Shown here in pieces: positions 47,886-57,032 of a stretch of 64,000 nucleotides of DNA. Numbering within the stretch: position 1 is the first letter of the stretch; each line of letters opens with the position of its first letter. A program made the position numbers and the translations under genes. Location of the stretch: NCBI GenBank assembly GCA_002781785.1, contig PFGC01000050.1, forward strand, positions 6,304 through 70,303, written 5' to 3'. Under the pieces are notes generated by a model. The model made no database searches and was not told where the DNA came from. It saw only the letters and a list, made by a program, of their open reading frames with translations. The stretch is from Candidatus Kerfeldbacteria bacterium CG15_BIG_FIL_POST_REV_8_21_14_020_45_12 (GTDB lineage Bacteria; Patescibacteriota; Patescibacteriia; UBA9570; XYC2-FULL-38-9).

Positions 47886-49685
47886 ATGGCCACTTCTAGC
47901 ATTGCCCCGACGGGCTCCCTCCAGGTCGTCGACCAGGTGTGGCGGGATGTCGAGGCCCACCGCAACCTCAGCCTGCTTGTCGGCGGCTGTGTGAAGCTTG
48001 GCGTCAACCCCAGTTCGGTCTTGGCGGCCATTGCGCCAGCCATCAACGGACTGGCGGCCAAGCTTCCGGCTGCCGCAGACCTGGCCAAGATGACGCCGCA
48101 GGGTGTCGCTTCGGCCCTCGGGTCCCTGCGGGGTACCTGGGTCACCCTCGACGAGTACAACCGCGCTGCGCTGGCGGTTGTGAAGGCCACGGGACACCCG
48201 TGGCACCTCCGAGAGATCGGAGGTTGCTCCCGGTTCATGGGCTTCGGTGCAGACGCGCTGAAGCTGATGATCAACAACCTCATCGGGAAGTACTTCAGCA
48301 GCCCCTGGCACGTTCTTGGTCAGCTCCCCCGCGGTTCCCACCTCTTCAACAACAACAAGGGGTGGGACAGTGAGTTGGTTGGCCGGGGACATGCCCGACT
48401 GTACTGTCGGTACATGCCGGGTGAATACGGCCAGCCGCCGCGCGAGCCCTCGGAGGACTTCCTCTCGCTGTACCACCTGATCCGGGGCATGAACGAGGCG
48501 CTGCCGATGCTCTGGCCGGGCAACAGCCAGGGTGGGCGGGTTCACTACCCGCTCGTGCAGCTGCCCCTCATGGAGCTGCTCGAGCAGTGGGCCCCCCAGC
48601 TGCAGGCGCGTATCGACGGAGGAGGTCTCTGGATCACCAATGCCGGTGAGGATCGTCTCATCGGCAAGGTGGTCTGGGCGGTGCCCGACTCCCGGGGAAT
48701 CTACGCTGGTCACACGGCGGACGAGTACCCAGGAGAAGATGGCATCGAGGGAGTGCGCCTGTCTCAGGCGATCACCACTCCCTGCACCTGCTGCTGCGAC
48801 CCTCAGGGCGAGCCCATCCACCACTCGCTGTTCGAGGCCGGCGAGACCTTCATGATCAATCGTGTGCGGGGCACCTTCCCGTCCACGATCGTGGAGGTGC
48901 AGTGGAACCCGACCCTCGGTGACCTCCTCCCTTTGAACAAGGGCACACTGCAGACCAGGCTGATGGAGGAGCATCGAGAGGACCAGGGCGCTCGCGCTCT
49001 GGTCAGCACGGTCAACAAGCTGGCCCTGGCGGAGGCGGTTCTCGGAGGGATGTTCCCCAACGAGGAAACTGCTGCCATCGTGGCAGACCGAGTGCATCGG
49101 CGCGCCACGGGCACGGAGACCAAACTCCTGTGGTCCCAGGCCGACATCGCCATCTACACAGACATCGTCAGCTCCGAGCAGGTGATGACTGGCATGGATG
49201 TTGGTGACTGGACCAAGCGGGTTCAGCGCATGTTCGACCGGATGCGCGAGCTCGCATCCAGGCACGGGGTCTGGCTCTACAAAGAGACCGGTGACGGGGC
49301 AGTATTCATCGCTACGGCCTCCTTCGGGCAGGTCGCGGCGATCAACTGTGCTGAAGTCGGTCTCGGCGGAATGCTGGACCACGCCCTGGCCTTCGCCTCG
49401 GAGCTCCCGGCCATCGTGCGGGAGACGCTCGGGGCTGAGATCAGGGTCGGAATGCATGTCGGTGAGAACTACTGGAGGATCCAGGGAGCGGGCCTGCTCG
49501 AGGCCAGCGGCGTGCCCATCACCCGAGCCGCTAGGCTCGAGGCGGCGGGACAAGCCGGTCGAGTGCTCGTCAGCCCCGAGGTCGTTCAGATGGCTAAAGG
49601 CCTGAGCTGGGAGTTCCAGCCCCGAGAAGACTACACCGTCAAGCACAGCAAGGTCATCACGGGTCACCTCCTGGTCGTCAGCTAG
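47886..49685 (+). CDS. class III nucleotidyl (adenylate/guanylate) cyclase-domain protein with ~400-aa uncharacterised N-terminal region; high-GC islet
   Basis: 599 aa. The C-terminal ~190 aa carry the cyclase homology domain pattern (IAIYTDIVSSEQVM..., KETGDGAVFIA, EIRVGMHVGE, GVPITRAARLEAAGQAGRVLVS). GC is conspicuously high compared with flanking genes. I preferred it over the fully overlapping antisense track ORF 47856..49697. Confidence 0.7.
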   Translation: MATSSIAPTGSLQVVDQVWRDVEAHRNLSLLVGGCVKLGVNPSSVLAAIAPAINGLAAKLPAAADLAKMTPQGVASALGSLRGTWVTLDEYNRAALAVVKATGHPWHLREIGGCSRFMGFGADALKLMINNLIGKYFSSPWHVLGQLPRGSHLFNNNKGWDSELVGRGHARLYCRYMPGEYGQPPREPSEDFLSLYHLIRGMNEALPMLWPGNSQGGRVHYPLVQLPLMELLEQWAPQLQARIDGGGLWITNAGEDRLIGKVVWAVPDSRGIYAGHTADEYPGEDGIEGVRLSQAITTPCTCCCDPQGEPIHHSLFEAGETFMINRVRGTFPSTIVEVQWNPTLGDLLPLNKGTLQTRLMEEHREDQGARALVSTVNKLALAEAVLGGMFPNEETAAIVADRVHRRATGTETKLLWSQADIAIYTDIVSSEQVMTGMDVGDWTKRVQRMFDRMRELASRHGVWLYKETGDGAVFIATASFGQVAAINCAEVGLGGMLDHALAFASELPAIVRETLGAEIRVGMHVGENYWRIQGAGLLEASGVPITRAARLEAAGQAGRVLVSPEVVQMAKGLSWEFQPREDYTVKHSKVITGHLLVVS

Positions 49686-49772
49686 ACCTGACCACAACCC
49701 GGAGAGTCTGATCGCGCAAGCGGACAGATTCGAAGGGTTCTTTTTTTACCCACATGTCACTAGTTTCTATAT

Positions 49773-50069
49773 GTGTTAACATCAATTAAGAGTACTATCT
49801 TACTCAAGAAAGGAGGTGTATATATGAAAGGAGCACACATGGTCGCTTTCGGTCTCGTCATCATTGGCGGGTTAAACTGGTTGCTTGTTGGGTTATTCCA
49901 ATGGGACATCGGTGAACTATTCGGTGGCATGGACGGAGTCGTTTCACGAATCGTTTATGTCCTGGTTGGTCTTTCCGCGGTTTATCTTGTTGCAATGCAC
50001 AAGAAGGACTGCATGTCCTGTAAAATGGACAGTAAAAAGCCAGCTATGCCAACAGATAGCGTTAGTTAG
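49773..50069 (+). CDS. DUF378-family small membrane protein
   Basis: GLVIIGGLNWLLVGLFQWD signature; the likely start is the internal MKGAHMVAF. Confidence 0.55.
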   Translation: MLTSIKSTILLKKGGVYMKGAHMVAFGLVIIGGLNWLLVGLFQWDIGELFGGMDGVVSRIVYVLVGLSAVYLVAMHKKDCMSCKMDSKKPAMPTDSVS

Positions 50070-50160
50070 GCAGTTTACAAAAACACCCCACGATCGAGGG
50101 TGTTTTTGTTTTGGGATACTTGAAATAACTATCCACCCTTGCTACACTGCGTGAGCTTTT

Positions 50161-50233
50161 GGCGTGGTAGCAAAATTGGTTATGCAGCCGCCTGCAAAGC
50201 GGCTATATGCCGGTTCGAGTCCGGTCCACGCCT
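50161..50233 (+). tRNA. tRNA-Cys (anticodon GCA)
   Basis: Acceptor GGCGTGG/CCACGCC, anticodon stem GCCGC/GCGGC with loop CTGCAAA, T arm GCCGG-TTCGAGT-CCGGT; a hairpin terminator follows at ~50281-50310. Confidence 0.8.
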
Positions 50234-50321
50234 CAATTAGAGAGGCGACGAGGTTATTGCCGTAGCCTCAAGCGATAAAAATAACCCCGACAAGAAGTCG
50301 GGGTTATTTTGATATCTTTTT

Positions 50322-50951
50322 CTACAGAAAAGCAAAGCTCTGTTTAGGAGATCCGTCTAGAATTTCAATTGTTGTAATAGGAGCTCCGAAACTAGGAGGA
50401 TTCAAAGTATGGTCTTGCCAAATATCAATTACAAAGCAACTCTTGTGGGAGGCTAACCTATCTTCAACCACAAAGACTTTGTCACCAAACTGATCCGGCA
50501 TCCGCAGGCGCGTGCCAAATGGCAGGCAGTTAGCAGCCACCGTTCCGTCGTGAACTCTGCTGCCGGAGGCGGTGGTAAATGGATCTCCATCTGTTTGCCA
50601 AGGCACAGAATTATAAACTGTAATTTGAGACTTATATGACCTTAGGACGCGATCTGGAAACGGCTGAATAATTGGTAGTCTGGCGATTGGTTCAGATTGA
50701 TCCCAAGGTGTAGCTGGACCTAGTACATAGGCACTGCGCTCCGAGAGAGTAGAATGAGGTGCAAATATATTATAGGCTATTGTCACAATTAACAGCACGA
50801 GCAAAGGCCAGGAAATTCTAAGGTTTTCTCCATTTTTTCTGCCAAAAGTGACAATATTTTGTATAAATGTGTTCATAGGAATTGGGTTCAAAAAAGCCTC
50901 ACCTATGTGGTGAAGCGGCCGGACCTTAGCAAAAAAATCAATTTTTGTCAA
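50322..50951 (-). CDS. 3D-domain (MltA-like) cell-wall-associated protein
   Basis: 209 aa; TM/signal segment; C-terminal VYNSVPWQTDGDPFTTASGSRVHDGTVAAN...GDKVFVVEDR resembles the 3D domain of YocH/MltA-like proteins. Confidence 0.5.
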   Translation of the reverse strand: MTKIDFFAKVRPLHHIGEAFLNPIPMNTFIQNIVTFGRKNGENLRISWPLLVLLIVTIAYNIFAPHSTLSERSAYVLGPATPWDQSEPIARLPIIQPFPDRVLRSYKSQITVYNSVPWQTDGDPFTTASGSRVHDGTVAANCLPFGTRLRMPDQFGDKVFVVEDRLASHKSCFVIDIWQDHTLNPPSFGAPITTIEILDGSPKQSFAFL

Positions 50952-50969
50952 TGCCTAGCGCAAATCAAA

Positions 50970-50998
50970 AAAGCACCGCCAGGCGGCGGTGCTTTTTG
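50970..50998. terminator. terminator hairpin (aaaaagcaccgcc-aggc-ggcggtgcttttt)
   Basis: Perfect inverted repeat plus a T-run 3' of the surface-protein gene at 51009. Confidence 0.55.
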
Positions 50999-51008
50999 TC
51001 ATAGTAGT

Positions 51009-52229
51009 CTATTTAACTGACTTTGGAGCTGTCTGAAATCTATTCCAGTCAGTATATTCTCCACAACCAGTTTCATTGCAAGCCCTCACCCTCCACTGGT
51101 AGTAGAAATCTGGCTTTAATTTTTTAACAACCTTGGATGTTGTTGTTAAGTCATTAAATTTCTTCCAATTTTTTTTCTTAGCAAAATCATTTTTCTTTAC
51201 GCATTTTTTACCACTATCGTTTTTACATTTTCTAACCTGTAGATCGTAGCTGGTGGCAGTGTCAACTTCTTGCCAACTCAGTGTAGCGGTTTTAGACTTA
51301 ATCTTTTTCTCCTTCAGCTTTTTCTCCTTCACCTTACTTGGTTTCTCTTGCGCGCTGTTTATTGTTACCACGACTCGGTCAGAACTATCTCCAGTTTCAG
51401 ACTGGGTAACAACCTGGTACCCAAAGTTTCCATCACACTTGTCGGTTAGATTGCACCAGTTGCCTAGGGCTTGGCGAATTTCTAAAGAGGCCTGAGGCAC
51501 ATCTGGACCACTGCCGGAACCATCCATATTTGTTTCGGAATCTTCGGAGTCAACCGACCCAATCAAGGTATCTTCTTCCTCTTGGAATCCAGCAGTATCA
51601 CCACTTTCCTCATAAATTTCTAAGAAACTTCTATCTTCTGAGGCAGAGCTTATAGAGTCCCCGAATTCAGCCATGCTGGCAACCTGCTCAGAAGTAAGCG
51701 TGATATTGGCTACCAGGTAGTTTGTATAGACTTCCTCGCCAGATGGTCCGAAGGCGAACACCATGTTGTGATCAAAGTCCTTGGGTAGTGAGGTAATAGT
51801 TCCGGCTAGCGCCAAGTCATAGATAGATTCGAATGCATCTTCTGTTACATTGTAGACTCCTTGCATTGGCCAAGCCGTGGTGAAGCCAACGTACATATCG
51901 GTTGCACTGGTGCCAAAATAGAGCTCAAGTAGGTCTACCTGTGACTCGTCATGGTAGAGGTAAGTAGCACAGTTATCATCACTGGCAACTTCTACCCAAC
52001 TAGACTCATCCCAACAATAAGGAGTGGAGACCAAGGGCTCCTCGCCAGACTCGTCAATAATCTGAGCTTCTTCTGGCCAGTCGCTAAAATCACCATCAAA
52101 GGTAATTGAGTCAGTTTCGATGGTAGATTCAATTGCTCTGGCGTTTGCCGCCGAGATGGTCAGCATAAGCCCGCCGGCTGTTATTAGTGCCGCTAAGGCA
52201 ACGGCAATTTTTCCTGTGGTTAGAAACAT
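51009..52229 (-). CDS. secreted acidic surface protein with C-terminal Lys-rich Fn3-like module (paralog 3 of 4)
   Basis: 406 aa; signal peptide; C-terminus ...TATLSWQEVDTATSYDLQVRKCKND...YQWRVRACNETGCGEYTDW, nearly collinear with the 8047 paralog. Confidence 0.55.
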   Translation of the reverse strand: MFLTTGKIAVALAALITAGGLMLTISAANARAIESTIETDSITFDGDFSDWPEEAQIIDESGEEPLVSTPYCWDESSWVEVASDDNCATYLYHDESQVDLLELYFGTSATDMYVGFTTAWPMQGVYNVTEDAFESIYDLALAGTITSLPKDFDHNMVFAFGPSGEEVYTNYLVANITLTSEQVASMAEFGDSISSASEDRSFLEIYEESGDTAGFQEEEDTLIGSVDSEDSETNMDGSGSGPDVPQASLEIRQALGNWCNLTDKCDGNFGYQVVTQSETGDSSDRVVVTINSAQEKPSKVKEKKLKEKKIKSKTATLSWQEVDTATSYDLQVRKCKNDSGKKCVKKNDFAKKKNWKKFNDLTTTSKVVKKLKPDFYYQWRVRACNETGCGEYTDWNRFQTAPKSVK

Positions 52230-52287
52230 AGTCCTATGTTTAACTATAAGTTATAGAAATAATAGCACGCCACCTATATTGAACAAA

Positions 52288-52812
52288 CTAATTTCTAGCG
52301 TACAAACTAAAAGTAAAGGAAATATCACCCTCGCTGCCACTTTTTAATACTTGCCTGGCATAGCCAGGGGGTAGTTCAGGGAAAAAAGTGTCACACTGAA
52401 AGGTGTAATCAATTTCAGTAAGGTACACTCCGTCCACCGCTGGATGAGTAATAGTGTCATTGTAAACAGCGCCACCACCAATAACAAAAATTCTGTCCAC
52501 CGAGTCATCAACTAACTGGATAGCTTCGTCAAAGCTACTAGCTACGGCGGCACCCTCTGCGACGTACTTTGTATTACGACTAAGAATCACATTATTGCGT
52601 TCAGGGAGTGGACGGAATTTATCAGGAATAGATTCCCACGTGGCTCTACCCATGACTACCATATTTTTTAAACCAACATCCGTAACAGCTGTTGTTAGAT
52701 TTTTAAAATAAGCCATCTCCTTCTTTAAGTGCCAAGGCAGCTTGCCAGCTTTACCAATGCCTCGTTGCTTATCGCAAGCCGCTACTAAGTAAACTTGGTG
52801 GTTACCAATCAT
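52288..52812 (-). CDS. folA: dihydrofolate reductase
   Basis: 174 aa; GIGKAGKLPWHLKKEMAYF DHFR motif; overlaps thyA by 4 bp. Confidence 0.9.
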   Translation of the reverse strand: MIGNHQVYLVAACDKQRGIGKAGKLPWHLKKEMAYFKNLTTAVTDVGLKNMVVMGRATWESIPDKFRPLPERNNVILSRNTKYVAEGAAVASSFDEAIQLVDDSVDRIFVIGGGAVYNDTITHPAVDGVYLTEIDYTFQCDTFFPELPPGYARQVLKSGSEGDISFTFSLYARN

Positions 52813-53681
52813 ACCGCTATATCAAATTTGATTCCCGGAAAACTTTTATAATCAACCACCTTTGTATCTGTGTAGGACCAATCAAAAATAGAAGTAAAGT
52901 TTTCAGTTTCAAGTTTTGCCAGTGGGTGAGCGCTAGGGTCGCGCGATAGTTGTTCGCGAGCTCCAGCTATATGATTTTTATAGATATGAACGTCAGCCAA
53001 AAAACCTGTGAGTCGCCCCTCTTCGTAGCCAGACTCCTTGGCCAGAAGGTGCAAGAGTGTGGCGTAGCTGGCGATATTGAAAGGCAGTCCCAGCATGGTA
53101 TCTACTGATCGCTGGCTCCAAAACAAATTTAATTTGTTATTTAACACAGTAACTTGAAAACCATAGTGACAGAATGGTGGCACGACCTTGTCGCGGTCCA
53201 TGGGGTTCCAGGCCAGCACCAGCATTTGGCGGCTGTGTGGTTGAGTTTTTAAATCTCCAATCAGCCGTTGCAGTTGGTCTACACCTTGCCCTGAATAGTC
53301 AGTATCAAAGGTTTTATATTCCGCTCCAAAGTGACGCCATTGCCAGCCATAGATGGGTCCCAGGTCCCTCTCTTCAAGCATGCGTTGTTTAGTAGCTTCA
53401 TCGTGGGCGTAGGGTATTTTCAAGGGAGTGCACCACTCATCCCAGATGTGGTTATTACGTTCTCGTAGCCAGTCTTTGTCTGAGATTCCCTTAACGAAAA
53501 ACTCTAACTCGCTAGCCACCAGTCTGTAGGGAACCTTTTTTGTTGTCAGTAGCGGAAAGCCATCTTTCATATCGTGTTGAAACATAGCGCCAGGCATAGA
53601 CAGTGTGCCTGTTCCAGTTCTATCTGGCTTCTCCTCGCCTGTCTCTAGTACAGCACGAACAATGTCGAGATATTGTTTCAC
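52809..53681 (-). CDS. thyA: thymidylate synthase
   Basis: 290 aa; PDRTGTGT and the catalytic Cys region (VPPFCHYGFQ) are classic ThyA. Confidence 0.95.
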   Translation of the reverse strand: MKQYLDIVRAVLETGEEKPDRTGTGTLSMPGAMFQHDMKDGFPLLTTKKVPYRLVASELEFFVKGISDKDWLRERNNHIWDEWCTPLKIPYAHDEATKQRMLEERDLGPIYGWQWRHFGAEYKTFDTDYSGQGVDQLQRLIGDLKTQPHSRQMLVLAWNPMDRDKVVPPFCHYGFQVTVLNNKLNLFWSQRSVDTMLGLPFNIASYATLLHLLAKESGYEEGRLTGFLADVHIYKNHIAGAREQLSRDPSAHPLAKLETENFTSIFDWSYTDTKVVDYKSFPGIKFDIAV

Positions 53682-53691
53682 AGCAAAAGTG

Positions 53692-54468
53692 TTAAATGGA
53701 ATTTTCTAGTTCTAGCCATTCGGTTTCAAGTCCCCAACCCTCTACCACTGGCTGCAGAGCTTGAACGCCGAATTTTTCAGTGTGATAGTGACCACCAGCG
53801 ATAAGATTTATTCCAATTTCACGGATTTGTTCACGTGTCCACTCTCCAACCTCTCCAGTTATAAAGAGGTCTACTCCTAGCTCTTTAAGCGAAGCAAAGT
53901 CCTCTTGCCGAGGCGCCCCTCCTCCACTAACTGAGATAACCGTAAAATTTTCCTTTGGTCCAAAGTCATACACTACTGTGTCAGGGCTTAATCTTCCTGA
54001 TAATTTTTCAATAACTCCAGCAACGGTTAGCGGATCCACAAAGTGCGCCAGTCTTCCCCAGGGCGCTTCGTGGGCAGGGTCAAAGTATGGCTCAGTGTTG
54101 TTTGGTGTGCCAATGGCCTGTAGCATCTCAGAGTTGTTACCAAGTTCTGGATGAGCATCCAAAACAAAATGAGCGCTCCAAAGAGCTATGTCATTCTTGA
54201 TTAAAAATTCTAGCCTTTGATAGGTAGAGGTATCTAACTGTTTTGGTAAGATTTGAAGCCCATGGTGTACTACTACAGCATCACAGCCAGCTGCCTTGGC
54301 CAGTTTAAATAATTCAACGCTCGAGGACACACCAAAACCAACCTTTTTAACTTCGCCACTGCCCTGGCTCATTAATCCGTTATACAAGTTATCTTTGGCC
54401 ACAAATGGCATCAGCTCTGGCAAGCAGAGCAACTCTTTCATTTTTTGATCAAATTCGTAGGTAGTCAT
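53692..54468 (-). CDS. Nif3-family dinuclear metal centre protein
   Basis: 258 aa; NIF3/YqfO-like motifs (VVHHGL, GGHYHTEKFG). Confidence 0.7.
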   Translation of the reverse strand: MTTYEFDQKMKELLCLPELMPFVAKDNLYNGLMSQGSGEVKKVGFGVSSSVELFKLAKAAGCDAVVVHHGLQILPKQLDTSTYQRLEFLIKNDIALWSAHFVLDAHPELGNNSEMLQAIGTPNNTEPYFDPAHEAPWGRLAHFVDPLTVAGVIEKLSGRLSPDTVVYDFGPKENFTVISVSGGGAPRQEDFASLKELGVDLFITGEVGEWTREQIREIGINLIAGGHYHTEKFGVQALQPVVEGWGLETEWLELENSI

Positions 54469-54504
54469 GGCCTCAGTATAGCCATTTTTTACCTTCGAGT
54501 CGAT

Positions 54505-55917
54505 CTATTTTTTGAGCAGATAATATACTTGATATCCAGTCACTGTTGTTGCAACGATTCCCAGGAGCCAATTTGGCGCAATTGTGGAGAGCGCCCAGAT
54601 CGAAACAATTCCATAGAAGGCAGTGCAAGCCAGTAGTATCATCATTCGCCACCAAGAGGGCCTAACAGTCGCTGGCAAGCCCAGATTTAGCTTTAGAAGC
54701 AGCGGTGGGTAGAGCCACATGACAATAGCCGAGAGGGAGGCTGACATCACTAAAAGGAAGTACGGCTGCTTGAAGCTTGGTATGACTAGCGACAATAGCA
54801 GCACAAACACGCCTAGCCCAATGGCCCCAATACTTATTTTACTGGCAGTCAATTTCAACAACTTTCCTTCATCTTGAAATGGTTTAAGCATGCGAAAGCT
54901 CAGGCGGCCAATAGCATCTAGTATGGCAACATTGGCCATTACAAAAATTAGAATACCAGCTGTTCCAAAGGCCACTCCAGAAAAAGGTATTAATTCATTT
55001 AGAGTAGCGATCTCAGCAACTAAAACTCCGAATCCTTGGGCGGATCCAAGCGGTAACAGAATTCTCCCCAGATAACTCACGAAGAAGATAGAAAATATAT
55101 TGGCGCAGAAAAACAGTAAAAAGTGCTCAGCGTTGACCATTCTAAACCATTGTCGAAAATTACTGCGTGAAGTTTCTGAAGTAAACTCTAGTTTGTTACG
55201 GTCAGCCTCGGCAACTCCAGCCACTCCGTATTTTTTATCCATTACCCACTCGCTCTGGACTAAGTTAAGCACTCCCGCGACGCCGCCAAAGGCCAGCGCT
55301 CCAAGAAAGTCGAATCTAGGCAAGTCAGCCGGCAAGTACCCCCATGAAACCAGACCACGCAATCCCTCCAAAAATATTGTCCACTGAAAATTCATGGCTA
55401 CGGTAATTCCGATTATACCAATAGCAATGGCTAGGCCAAATTTGGAAAAAGTTTCTATAATCGCGTAGCTTTTTCGGTTTTGGAAAACTCCAATTGCGAC
55501 AAGTAACAAGATGATTGTTACAACCAGGCCAACATTGCGCGCGACTCCTTCATCCAGACTCGGTGCAAAAACTGTCACAATCAAATTACCTGCCGTGCTC
55601 ATCCAAGCTGGCCAAACCAGCGAGACGATGACGGATGCGGCAAAGACCACAGCAATCCAACGAACCGAGCCTACTAAATTTTCCTCAGTACTCTTACCAG
55701 TAACCAGGGTATATCGTTCAATCTCCATGTTAATCACAAATTGCAGTATCAGAATAATTGGAATCGCCCATAACAGACGCAGGGAAAAATTGGCAGACAG
55801 GCTTGGCCACAATAATAGCTCTCCACCGTTTAGGGATAAGGCCACAAAGACTATGCTTGGACCGATCAGTTGCAATAGGCTTCGTTTGAGTTTTGGAAAT
55901 GGAATTGATTTATTCAT
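54505..55917 (-). CDS. polytopic membrane protein, NRAMP-like metal transporter fold (distant)
   Basis: 470 aa, ~11-12 TM helices; the early GPSIVFVALSLNGGELLLWPSL...ERYTLVTGKSTEENL region resembles Nramp/MntH TM1-TM3. Confidence 0.4.
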   Translation of the reverse strand: MNKSIPFPKLKRSLLQLIGPSIVFVALSLNGGELLLWPSLSANFSLRLLWAIPIILILQFVINMEIERYTLVTGKSTEENLVGSVRWIAVVFAASVIVSLVWPAWMSTAGNLIVTVFAPSLDEGVARNVGLVVTIILLLVAIGVFQNRKSYAIIETFSKFGLAIAIGIIGITVAMNFQWTIFLEGLRGLVSWGYLPADLPRFDFLGALAFGGVAGVLNLVQSEWVMDKKYGVAGVAEADRNKLEFTSETSRSNFRQWFRMVNAEHFLLFFCANIFSIFFVSYLGRILLPLGSAQGFGVLVAEIATLNELIPFSGVAFGTAGILIFVMANVAILDAIGRLSFRMLKPFQDEGKLLKLTASKISIGAIGLGVFVLLLSLVIPSFKQPYFLLVMSASLSAIVMWLYPPLLLKLNLGLPATVRPSWWRMMILLACTAFYGIVSIWALSTIAPNWLLGIVATTVTGYQVYYLLKK

Positions 55918-56089
55918 ACGCGGATTATATCACGAAAATGATGATAAATTTCTGAGCCAGCGCAAATTATTATCGGTCAGGCCCACACTTGATAAGAAAT
56001 AGGAGATAGCCAATCCCGGATATTCCATCTCCCATAGATTATTTCTATAAAAAGCAAAACGACCGCAATTAAGCGGCCGTTTTTGTTTG

Positions 56090-56161
56090 AGCGGGTGAGG
56101 GGAATCGAACCCCTATCAACAGGTTGGAAACCTGTGGTAATAGCCATTATACGACACCCGC
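56090..56161 (-). tRNA. tRNA-Gly (anticodon TCC)
   Basis: Acceptor GCGGGTG/CACCCGC, anticodon stem ACAGG/CCTGT with loop TTTCCAA, T arm AGGGG-TTCGATT-CCCCT; a hairpin plus T-run follows on the minus strand. Confidence 0.85.
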
Positions 56162-56256
56162 ACGCTCAAAGGAGTATACAGCAAGATTTAATATTGGCAA
56201 GTTTTATTGGTAAAAATGCTGGACAAACTGCCCTTCACAAGCTACTCTTGCCGCAT

Positions 56257-57030
56257 ATGCAGCCAGCGCAAGATACTTGCCATTGTATCGAGGTTAAAAA
56301 CCTTATGGTGCAATTTGGTGACACTCCAGTATTAGAAAATATCTCCTTTAGAATTGAAGAAGGTGACTACGTTGGCATTATCGGTGCTAATGGCAGTGGC
56401 AAGACAACCCTGCTGCGAGCGATTCTAGGTTTGCAAGAACCTACCAGTGGAGAAGTTTTGATAATGGGTAAATCTCCCCATCAGTCCGGAGAGCTCAAGC
56501 AGATTGGTTATGTTCCCCAAAAAGCCTCACGCGCTGGTTGGGATTTTCCTGCAACAGTTGCAGAGGTGGTATTAAGCGGACGGACTCCCCGAGCTGGTTT
56601 CTTTCACAGGCTTACTAAACAAGATCGTGAGGCTGCTGAGAGCGCTATGCAGCAAGCGGAGATCTTTGAGCTAAGAAATCATCTGGTGGGTGAGCTATCA
56701 GGAGGACAGCGGCAACGTGTGTTTATCGCCCGAGCTCTGGCGGCGGGGCCGTGTACATTAATTTTAGATGAGCCAACGGCCAATGTTGATGAGGCTAGCG
56801 AGCACGCTTTCTATGACTTTTTAAGAAAGTTAAATGCCGACGGTATTACCATCATTCTGGTTACCCACGACATAGACGTGGCTACTCAAGAGGCCAGTAC
56901 AATTATTTGTATAAATCGTGAGCTAGTCTGTCATTTGCCGGCCAGTGAGTTTATTGCCAAGCATCACTTAGAAGCTATCTATGGCAAACAGGCTAAGCAC
57001 ATCATGCATCGCCATCAACACAACGACTAA
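56257..57030 (+). CDS. ABC transporter ATP-binding protein (metal-type, ZnuC/MntB-like)
   Basis: Walker A GANGSGKTTLL, signature LSGGQRQR, Walker B ILDEP. I chose the start at MQPAQD, because the upstream part of the track ORF overlaps tRNA-Gly. Confidence 0.85.
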   Translation: MQPAQDTCHCIEVKNLMVQFGDTPVLENISFRIEEGDYVGIIGANGSGKTTLLRAILGLQEPTSGEVLIMGKSPHQSGELKQIGYVPQKASRAGWDFPATVAEVVLSGRTPRAGFFHRLTKQDREAAESAMQQAEIFELRNHLVGELSGGQRQRVFIARALAAGPCTLILDEPTANVDEASEHAFYDFLRKLNADGITIILVTHDIDVATQEASTIICINRELVCHLPASEFIAKHHLEAIYGKQAKHIMHRHQHND

Positions 57031-57032
57031 AT

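Noticed and set aside
47856-49697. 613-aa minus-strand ORF fully overlapping the cyclase gene
   Set aside because: Its translation is R/G/P/H-rich low-complexity sequence typical of antisense frames in GC-rich DNA. The plus strand carries clear class III cyclase motifs.
56083-56256. N-terminal 58 codons of the ABC ATPase track ORF
   Set aside because: They overlap tRNA-Gly(TCC). The ATPase starts at the internal Met (MQPAQD...IEVKNL), as is typical for ABC ATPases.
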